Part shown: piece after piece, positions 53,576 through 64,000 of the stretch
Layout of the letters: each line of letters begins with the position of its first letter
Numbering within the stretch: the stretch's first letter is position 1
NCBI RefSeq assembly: GCF_009914755.1
Contig: NC_060934.1
Length of the DNA stretch: 64,000 nt
Direction: 5' to 3' (one strand)
Origin: the human T2T-CHM13v2.0 reference genome, Homo sapiens
Program-made: the position numbers and the translations under genes
Notes under the pieces: model-generated
The model's input: only the letters and a program-made list of their open reading frames with translations
Told to the model about the DNA's origin: nothing
The model's database searches: none

Positions 53576-55654
53576 TCTATACAATGGCTGAATTTCTACA
53601 TCTCAGCTCACCTAAGTCTATTTAAATCATCATATACTACTATGTCATATTAATGGAATCTAAATCTGCACTAGAACTACAACAGAAAACTCCAGGAACA
53701 TATATCCTTTCCAACTGCAGTCTCAGTTATAATCCCCAATGAAAACACACACTCCTACACCATCACGTGAAGCATTTCCTCCACTTCACAAGGCTTCAAT
53801 CAACTATCAAAAGAGGCAGCAAAGACCCTGATAGTGACGGCTACTGGGCACGAGTAGGAAAAAAGGATTTTGGCAACAGGAGAAGTTTAAGAAATATGTA
53901 TTAGGTGGAGGAGGTGTCAGCAGCTGCCTTACTGAAGGATTAGGCAGGAGAGGAAAGACTCTTGGATTAGGGCTTCTTTTGGTGACTATCAGGTTCCATG
54001 GGACTCTAACGGTGAGAGAATGTGGCCACCAATCACAATGAACCCTCAGACAAGTGAAGTGGACCTAGAAGGAAGGAGAAATATAGGATTTCATGATATT
54101 GGCTTTCCAGAGTACCGCTCTCCCATTTCTTGTCAACTCAGCGTGTCATCTTTTCCTACCATAGTTAAATATGTAACCTAGATCTTGCCTAAAGAGGAAA
54201 GGGGACTGATATTTATTTAATATCTACTAAACATCATGCACTGTGTTAAGCACATTGTATGCATCATCGCATTCACATTTTGTCTACATTTTACAAATGA
54301 AAACCTACTGTGGAAAGAGCAAGAGCAGTTTCCTCCCTGACCTGGATGAGTGACTTTAAATAAAGTGCTTAATCTCTCCAAGCACGGGTTCTTCATTTAT
54401 AAGTGAGGGCAACTATTCATACTTTGTAGGCTTGTACTAAGGACTAAAACATATAGGTCAAATCCTTAGCTCAGTGCCTGGCCCATAGTTGATGTTCAAT
54501 AAATGGTAGCTACATCACTACAATTACCATAATTGTTTTTATTTCAAAAATTGCCAGAGAAGCTTCCAAAAGCTCAACTACTTTGTAAGCAACTGAGTCA
54601 AAATTCAAATCTAGGTGCTTTTTCCCAAACTTCAACTCAAGAATAATCTGCGTATTTGAGTGTGTATGTGTTCACAGTTATATATATATGTGTGTACCTA
54701 TACAAATGCAATGTTCTTTATGACTTTTGGTTAAAGAACACAGTAATGTAGTAAAATTAATACTGGGCAGGAAATCAGTTCTAACCTTAGTTCTGCTACA
54801 AACCTTCAGTCAATCTTAATTTCTTAAAGTGCAAGCTTCCTTTAAATAAAGCAATATGAATACATAATCTCTAAGGACCCCAGGAGCTCTAAAATTCCAT
54901 AATTCTATGAGGAAATTTCATGGAGCAACTGAAGAGATACAGACAAAGAGGGGAATAAGTGAAAATTTAATATAATTATCAACTGAATTCATTGCTTTTG
55001 AAGTGTTCTTATGACACTTATGGAATTGTAAAACTATTGAAAGTTTTATATAGTTTAATCTATTAATGATTTATTGTCATGAATTCTGCCTTAGGTATCA
55101 TATTTAGAAAGCCTTTTCTCATTCTAATATAAAAATATGTACCTACATTTTCTTTGGGTTTTGATATTGTTCTGTTTGATATTTAAATCCTTAATTTACT
55201 TGTAAATTCTTTGGTATTTCAAATGGGGTATTTAGCTTTATTTTGTTTCAAATATTTAGTCAATTTTCTAATGTTATCCAAAAAATAATTCATCCTTTAC
55301 CCACAAATCTTTCATTTAAAAAAAATTTTTTTAAGAGACAGGATCTTGGAGCTTCTATATAGCTGAATATCTGGACGTTCCTAGAGACTGGGGCACAAGG
55401 GAGGGCTTGGAAACTCTGTACCCCTTCTCCCTGCATACCTTTTTATCTTCATGTGATGTGCCAGGCATGGGACACAGTGATTGAAAAGTTGACATAGAGC
55501 TTATATTCAAATAAGGGAGAGAGACCATGAATAAGTAAACTGATGATGTCTGAAATGAAAATCCTATGAATAGCTGACCAGAACTCTTACTGGTCAGCTG
55601 GTCAGGGCCCAAAAGAAATAGGCTTTCTCATCCACCATGCAGGCCCATGTGGAC

Positions 55655-56858
55655 ATGGTAGTGCAAAAGAGAAATAAGGGGCTGGAGTCCCTTGGCAAAG
55701 CAGATAAATACCTGCAAACTACCTTTTCAAAATGGAAGCCAGACTGTGACGGTGCCTTTTTTGAATGTGGAAAAGCAGGGCTTCCAAGCAAGCTGGCATG
55801 ATGTTGAAGGAGATGCAGAAACAACCAGTCTGCGTGATGTATCGAGAAAACAGCACCCCTGACCCAGCAACCTCAGAAGTGGTGGAGCAAGCTGGAAAGC
55901 TCATAGAAAATGTAGATCCAGAAAAGGCTGTACAATTGTATCAATAAACAGCAATGTGTTTGAAAATGTGCAATGCCTCAACAGGCAGTTGAACACTTAG
56001 GAAAAGCTTCAGGACTGCTAGTGTAAAGATGCAGGATTGATGGGGGAGCACTTTCTATTCAGAAAGAAAAATATTTTTAAGGAAATGGAGAATTATTCAA
56101 CTGGTTATAAGAAAAGAGTCGCTCAAGTCTTATTTCACTTACACAGTAATGACTATGCAGCTGGGACAGTGGTGGCAGGAGAGCTCCGGCATAGCAGGAG
56201 TCCATGGAGGTGATGGCTGAGCTGTACTGGATCAGCTCCCAGAAGGGTTTGCCCAGCAAGACCAAGCTGCATTTCAGAGGTCTGCAACTCTCCACTTTTC
56301 AAGCATATTGGCAATGATTATGCTAGCCCCAGCCTGAGTTTAGGGGTTCCAGAATGGGACATCAATAAATCATCAGGAATGGTTTGCACAGCCACATGAA
56401 TGTACTTAATGACACATTAAGTGTACACTTAAAGGGGGTTAAAATGATTTATTTTATGTTGTGTGTATTTTACCATAGTAAAAAAAATTAAGAAGAAGGA
56501 ATAAGAGGAAGAAGAGGAGTTGGAGAGAAGAAGAAGAGGAGGAGGAAAAAGAAGAGTTAGAAGAAAAAAGAGGAGAAACAGAAGGAAAAGAGGAGGAGGA
56601 AAATGGGGGAAAATTAGCAACACCAGTCATGGCTGGTGGCATCACCTCCATGGCTGCTGTTAAGGAAGACAAATATTCAGGACTATGCTAGTATTTTGCT
56701 TTGCAAATAAATAAATAATACATAGATAACAGAAAAAGTATCACATGGCGTTTCAGGGACTTGGAATTTGTTTAAGAGTATTCCATACTTCATTGTAGCC
56801 ACGGTTTGAATGCTAATACTCTAATTTTTAGTTATTAATTCCCCAAATTAAAAAAAAA
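55655..56858 (+). pseudogene. NAPGP1: NAPG (gamma-SNAP) processed pseudogene, probably NAPGP1
   Basis: Intronless. MVVQKRNKGLESLGKADKYLQTTFSKWKPDCDGAFFECGKA ~ NAPG MAAQKINEGLEHLAKAEKYLKTGFLKWKPDYDSAASEYGKA; QAGMMLKEMQK; AGKLIENVDPEKAVQLYQ* (premature stop at 55945); C-terminus KYSGLC* at 56689; frameshifts; A-tail at 56850-56858. The pseudogene symbol is from recall. Confidence 0.9.
56379..56612 (+). mobile_element. Old L1M 3' end plus (GAA/GGA) tail inserted in the NAPG pseudogene
   Basis: ggtttgcacagccacatgaatgtacttaatg...gtacacttaaa...ttttatgttgtgtgtattttaccatagtaaaaaaa; NAPG homology resumes at 56617. Confidence 0.75.
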
Positions 56859-59764
56859 GCCAGAGACAGACCTCACTCTATTACTTATCCTGTAATGCAG
56901 TGGCACCATCATAGTTCACTATAGCCTCCAACTCCTGGGTTTATGCAATCCTCCCACTTTAGCCTCTTGAATAGCTGAGGTTACAGACATGCACCACCAT
57001 GCCATGCACCACCACTCCAAGCCTAGATAACTTTCTTTTTTTGTATCTTTTTTTTTTTTGGTAGAAATGGAGGTCTTGCTATATTGCCCAGGCTAATCTT
57101 GAACACGTGGACTCAAGCAGTTCTCCCATTTTGGCCTTCCAAAGTGCTGGGACTATAGGCATGAGCCACCACACCCGGCCTACCCACAAATCTTAACCAA
57201 CCTTTATTGTGTTCTAAAGTCTTGGCATTAAAACGCATTTTATATTGGAAGATTTCATTATATTATTCTACCTTTGCACAGCTAGAATGAGCCCTACTTG
57301 GTGGATTATATTTGCTAATACTTAGCAATAATGCATCACAATTTATAAGTAAGCATGGTCTGTAGTTGTTTCTAACCTTCTAAATTTTTTAATATCAGGA
57401 TTATTCTAGCCTGTCAGGTGCATTAGAAAATTTCATTTTTAAATCCCCCTGTAATAGATTAGATAGCATAAGAATTGTCTATTCCTTGATGACTTGATAG
57501 AACTATAATCTATAACCCCTTTAAGCATGAATTTTTCATGAAGAGATGTTTTATTGTCTTTTAAACTCAATGATTTCTTCAGGTTTTTTTTATGACCTCT
57601 GGAGTTAATGTTGATCATTTATTATTTCCCAATAAAGCCTTCCATTTCATCCAGAGCGTTTGTAAAGCTGATATGCATTAAGAATCTCTAAGAGCACAAA
57701 GTAGTTTTTTTAAACTTTTTTGTTCAAGAATATGTTGCTGTTTAATTCATTCTTTTGTACAAATATTTTTCTAAGTTAGGCACTTTGAAAAATGCTAACA
57801 CACTGTCTTAAAGCATTCTCTTAAATTTGTTTTCAAATTATCTCTGCACAAAGAATTAAATTCCTTTTCTTAGTCTGAATCTTGTATATTACTTTTTCTG
57901 TTATAATTGTTAGTATTTATCCAAAGAATTATCTCTTGAACATATGTATTAATTCTTCTATTTTCCTAGATATTTTTTCTTTTAAAATATGAATTCTTAA
58001 AGACAGGCATTATAGACAACCAGTCTGTGGAGAAAATATTTTGAGAGGAGGAGGAATTTTATTTTGCCTCCTTCCATTTTATAGGAGGAACAGATTTATA
58101 CCCTGTTTACACATGTAGCTTATTGGATAATAACATGAACGAATAATATTGACTTAGAAACTTTATTTGGACTAAGTTATAAATTGTATTTCTTATTATA
58201 CAATAATGGGAATATAATTTCTACATTCCAAAACATGTACAGGTAGCCATTTGGACTATGAGACCTACAACAAAATATCAAGTATCTACATAGTACGGCA
58301 ACCAGGCATTTGGTGCTCTATGAATTAAAGGTCTCAATGAAGGGCTATACATTATATTATTTAGACTTCATCTGCAGGTTCTCTAAGCATGTTATAATTT
58401 CTATGAATTTCAGTTTCCATACCTGTAAAATGGAGATTATACACCTACTGTGCAAAGTTTGGGTAACAATTAGAGTTAACAGATAACCTGTCTCAAGACC
58501 CTTTTCCCAGTAGCTGTGGCCTCTTAAAGCCCCTACAAAATTTGAAGAAGAGATCTTTGGGCCTTGCAAAATCCTAGGTAATTTCACTTTATCAAAAGCC
58601 AAAGCATGTGAGTGTTTTAACTCATCTGAATCATAAAATAAATCATTACGAAGAGTTAACAGTCCTTGGATTAGAATAAACTACCTTTCATTGATTTCAA
58701 AGTGCATTTTTGTTTTACATTTTTGTATCTCTACTCAGAATGCTCCTTAAAATTGATGATGTCTTAAAAATATAACTGACATTGCTTTTCTTGTCTAGGA
58801 GTATGTAATACAATGGTACATTTTACAAATGAGGACATCTTAGGGTAAAAACATACTGTAATACCTTCCTCAGTTGTTTTCCAATTTACCACCCCCTTCC
58901 TAGGAAAATCCACACGCCTTAATGAATTGCTATAGTCATTAGCAAAGGGAGTAAGTTTTGATGTTTGTCTTGTCTGTGGGCCTTGTTTCCCTCTGACTCA
59001 TAAGCTCTAATATACTCCAGCCATTCAAAATACCAGGTCCACATACATAGGTGCACTTACAAAAGGTCCTCATTGCACACCATTGAAGAATCACATACCC
59101 TAAATTCGAGATTTTAAACCTCAGATACAGATAGCCTAGGTCCCTACCAACAGTCTCACAAAAAATGCAAACCTCAGGGGATGGTACTCCAAAGTAATTA
59201 ACCAAAACAAGAGTAGTTGTTATGCAAATACCAAGGAATTTAATCTCCTTAAGAAAACAATAAATTCCTGGTTCAGACCTAAAGGCACAAATTTTAAAAT
59301 GTGTGTAGATTACAGACTCAGCTCAGCTCCATTCTAAAAGATGCATTCTCTATAAGACCTCCCTAACACCTGGAATACAAGCAGCTGGGTAAACATCCTG
59401 GCCATGCAGTATGGGCAGCATGAGTCAGTTAGAGGGCAAGGTTCTTTCTCTTGATCCGCCCACATACCTTGGGGGTGTTAGAAGCCTTGATGGAAGTAGG
59501 AGATGAAGTGTTTCATGGAAAAACACCTACTTCCGCATGATAAGGCAAGGAGAGGGAGTGAAAGAGAAGATGGGCCCTACCCTTCTGCAGGGCCCTAAAG
59601 CCACTACCAAGACAGGAGAAGGGAAAGCCCCTTTATTTTGTGTCCTGGGATTGGAGAAATAATTTTTTAAAGACCCTAAAATCATAAATATTACTATACA
59701 AGTATGTGTGTAAACAGAGATGGATTTCTGTTCAATGAATTAAATCATAAATGAAAAGAGAAAT

Positions 59765-60084
<320 letters not shown>

Positions 60085-62231
60085 AAAAGAGAAATGACAG
60101 ATTGACAGAAATAGACTAGCAAACTGAGTGGGAAATGAATACTCAGCACTGTTGATGGAAGTGCATAGCCTATTTCTGGAATAATCTGGAAATATATAGT
60201 AAAATTGATCAACCATATGACCTATGACCAAAAAATTCTCATTCCTAGATGTATGGCATGCACACTATTCCATCGTGGGGCATATAAATGCTGACATATT
60301 TAATGGTGCAGAATTTAAGGGAATGAAATTATCGGTCATTGGGGAATAGGACAGTTTAAAGGTGGAGGTTTTACAGTAAGAAGCAACAAACAACATATGC
60401 TTAATGCAACATGTTGGATTCTCACAAGCCAGGCCTGCTTTATAGATGTGTGAAATATGCAACTCTAGAGGATTAGAAGGTGTGGTTAGAAGGCCCTCAC
60501 ACTTAGACACTTTGTTGTCATCATCTTTAAATTATTATTCATAAGAAGTCCCATATTTAAAATTTGGCACTGGGCCCCACAAATTATGGAGACAATCCAG
60601 TTCACAGGCATAATGTACAGTAAGAAAAGTAGGAAACAATGAGATTTATAATAAAATAATATATGAAAATCTCATATATGCTATATACTTTACAGTGATA
60701 TGGTCACTCTTTAGGATAAACTAGAGATTGAATGAAAGTAGGGATCAGGGACAAAGGTCAAAATAAATTAAATAAAATTTATAAAAGAATAAACAAAGCA
60801 GTAAAGGGTCCTTATATGGATGAATAACCCATTCAGTGTAAAAGTGCCCCAAACTACAATGATTTGGATTTCCTGTGGGTAGGAATGCATTGCAGAAAAT
60901 GTTTGGCAAAATAGTTCAAGATCAACTATGTAATAATTGAAAATTCCATCGTTTCTTTTCTTTTTTCCCCAAGAATATCTGTGTTTTCTAGTATAGAAAT
61001 GTTTGTATTTGCTAGCATAGACTAGATTCCAGCAGTTTGTATATTGCCAAAACATGAACTATCTTTCCAGTTGCTATGTTTTATTTCAGAGACTCAAATT
61101 GGCATGCCAGTAGAATGTACTACATTTTAAGTGGAATTATACATTAAAAATATAAGAATATAAAACGTTTCTCATAAATCAAGTAAATCTGTAAATAATT
61201 AAGTGGTTGAAACTATTATAGTAATGGAAGCAAAGCCAATTCCAACTACAATTTCCAATCAAACTGACTCTAATGGAACCTAATTAGTAACTGACACAAT
61301 CCAAAGAAACTTGAAGGTATTTAAACTAACCTCATGCCACTAAGTCCTACCTGACTAAAATGCACGTTCTGATACAAGTGTGTTTGCAATTCTTTCCTAT
61401 GCTCTGCGTGTATATAGACATGTCTGAACCAATGATGAAAATTCAGGAAATAATTCAGGAATACTCTTCCTCTTCAGATTACTTTGAAGCATGGAAAATA
61501 TTAGTTTTGAGATCATTTTAGAAATTTGGTTGTTTTAATTTACCCAAACTGGACTTGTAATTACCCTTGTAATTTTCGATAATATAAATGCCCACTACTG
61601 AAAATAGAGCTCTATGCAGTTCTGGAATTCCAGATTATCTGATTTCAAACTTTCATGGAGTGCAGACACAAGACAGCTTACATGGCAAGAAAGAGATTGG
61701 TTGGAGAGTAGAAAAAAAAAGCCAGTTTTGTTTTTGTTTATTTGCCTTTAGCTAGCTAGAGATCTTGAAAGAATTGGATATACTATTTCCTACCAATTCT
61801 AATGCCCAATTTACATACCAAGGTAAAAGAAATTCAGAAAAGCCAAAGCAATAATTGGCAATGTGGTAGCATTAGAAGTGATGCAGCTGGATGAGGCAGG
61901 AGGATGTGGCATTTTACAGAGATGCTCGTATGACTGGGGTCATTTCATCCACCCTTGGTGGAAATTATTTTCTAAGTAGAGAGTCTCAGATTCTGCTGAG
62001 AATCTTCCAATTCATCTGACCCTTGAGGCATGGAACATGAGGATTGGCTTGGCAGGAGTGAGAATTTTAGTCTCAATCACATTCTTTTTCATCACTGGCT
62101 AAGAACTCACCTAACAAGTTTACCTTAGTAGCATCTGTTATATTTGAAACCATGATTAATCTGCTTCCAGTTGAGAAATTTCTAGTTGCGCCATCTTTTG
62201 AGCTGTTTAAAACAGAGCATGTTCCACTGAC

Positions 62232-62307
62232 AGTTGCCTCTGGAAGGATCTGGAATGCACCTGAAGCTCCCAGGACTTGAAGACAGACCTCCAAAGACTT
62301 GGATCAG
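62232..62307 (+). other. Candidate non-coding first exon of the next lipase gene (LIPK)
   Basis: TTTAAAA at 62206, Inr-like CAGTT at 62231, donor GATCAG|gtaatg at 62308. LIPK is recalled as the next gene on the same strand. Not provable from this window. Confidence 0.4.
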
Positions 62308-64000
62308 GTAATGACTTTTCATCTATTTGCAGAGCCTGGATCATAGTGTATTAGTGAGACATAGGAAACCTTCAGAGGGACAGAACTTTACATGTTGATG
62401 ATGAATATTGTATTTTGATTCTATCAGGTTAAGCAAGATACAGCAAGAGTATAATGTGACAACTTCAGATGGAGAGTCTTCTAGGTATGTTATGACAAGT
62501 TTTCCCTTTCAGAAAGCTGCAGCATCTAGAAAGCAGACATCACTATATTTGAACCTCAGTGAGAGGAGGTATCACAAGTCTACACTTGGAAAAATCTAGC
62601 AATAAATAATTTTATGAACCTCTCTTTTGAGTCTTGCATCTAGGGGTTTGGGAAATAATGTTTGGATAATGTTCTCAAAACCATTTACCATTTTTTAGGA
62701 AGCCCTTTATGTTCTCATTCCAATGGCCTTGAGTATGAATATTCTTTTTTATGATCAGGGTCATCTGCAGGGGAATATGAAGCAAAGTGACTGTCAAGAG
62801 TGACACAACTGCTTATGAAATCAATCATTTGTGGAGGACACACCATTCTCTTTTTCTGCTGCTTTGTAATAAATAGTTTGACTGGGAGAGGAGTGAAAAT
62901 GTGGTTCACATTAATGTAGATGATATTTAAGAGTATCATGCTCCTGTCACCCTTTAAATTGCAGACCTGATTGGAAGCTAGAAAGATGAAGATGAGTCAA
63001 CTGGATGGACTAATATTCCCTCTAGACATAGAGAGATTAAATAATTATTCTTTAATTCTATGTGTCAAAGCCAAACTGTTATTTTTTGTTTGTTTTTACA
63101 AAATAGTTATCCTTTGTTTTCTTTTTCTAGAAATAAGAAAGCAGTTTTTACCAGGCTTTCTTCGTGTCTGAAAACAGAAACCAACTCAAATATATAGCAC
63201 CTTGGCATACTTAGCACTTCAGGCTGTAAATATGAGAGTATGGAACTGAGTTTTGGAATAACAATATGAAGTTAAAGTGCCATTTTACTCTAAAATTACT
63301 TGGTTTCATATTCCTTCACTGGACTATCCTGTCTCTCCCTTACTTTGTAAGGACATTGAGGGAAAAATTATTTCCTTCACTGCTCTTCCTTTGTGGTTTA
63401 TTTTATTTAATTTTTGCCTTTAATTTGAAGGAACAATCTTTCAGACCCTATTTTACCAGGCAGGACAAGTGTTTTGTCCTTCATATTATCGAAGACATGT
63501 GAAATATAATGCTCTTTAAATGTTTGTTATTCATTTTTTTCTGCCTTGGCATTTTATTTCCCATTTATCCCAAGACTCTTGTTCTTTTCTGCTTGCCTCT
63601 AGGCTTAGAGCACAGAGCTACTGGCCTCTTAACCTATTTGAAAATTCCATCAAAGTTGCCTAGTCTTTCTTCCTGATTCAAATGTGCTAGGTGTTTAATT
63701 CTCAAATCTACAATTTTTAGGACTGGATATCCTATTAGGTAAAGATTTCCTTTCATTCACTTGTTAATAGTCTCCTCAGTCTTCCTGATTCATTGTCTTT
63801 CACCCTGTGGGTGGGGGAAAAACAGGGAAGCAATTTAAATCTAGTTTCTGACTAACCTGACCACTAATAGTTGTGAGTCACTCTGTTTTGGTAAGAGGTT
63901 AAAAGTATTAGAGCTTTATGAAGGATGCTGAGGTAGGAGCAAGACAGATCCTAAATCTCTGTAAACACCCAGTGGGTTTTTAGATTTAAAATGTCAGATA

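Larger units (their letters stand above)
55312..57180 (-). mobile_element. AluJ-type element split by a 1.5-kb insertion (tail 55312-55347; body 56862-57180)
   Basis: Perfect 14-bp TSD tacccacaaatctt at 55298-55311 and 57181-57194. Confidence 0.85.

Noticed and set aside
55765-55947. 60-aa ORF with gamma-SNAP similarity as a functional retrogene
   Set aside because: Non-ATG start, premature stop, frameshifts, deletions and an internal L1 insertion.

Overview
AT-rich, CpG-poor, repeat-dense human/primate genomic DNA containing the complete LIPF gene (gastric triacylglycerol lipase) on the + strand. It has a TATA promoter at 20524, a non-coding exon 1 and nine coding exons (23409-34790) with GT-AG junctions. 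These sum to 1197 nt (398 aa + stop) and encode a signal peptide, GHSQG and the Ser172/Asp343/His372 triad. This corresponds to the acid-lipase cluster (LIPJ-LIPF-LIPK; 10q23.3 from recall). An optional exon (21590-21670) adds MFSNANSRSK in frame, and an internal exon-4 acceptor could delete 33 aa. Downstream are a strong CTCF motif (44112-44144), an internally deleted old L1, a templated 150-bp duplication inside an AT-rich palindromic tract, a decayed NAPG (gamma-SNAP) processed pseudogene and a candidate first exon of the next lipase gene (~62232-62307). The most unusual structure is the NAPG retrocopy. It sits in a ~1.5-kb polyadenylated chimeric insert (LTR piece + L2 piece + exon-skipped NAPG with its own L1 relic) nested inside an old Alu whose perfect 14-bp TSD brackets the whole block, which suggests a retrocopy of a retrocopy. 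Repeat subfamily names are by eye and approximate. Most ORFs in the track are repeat-derived or chance.
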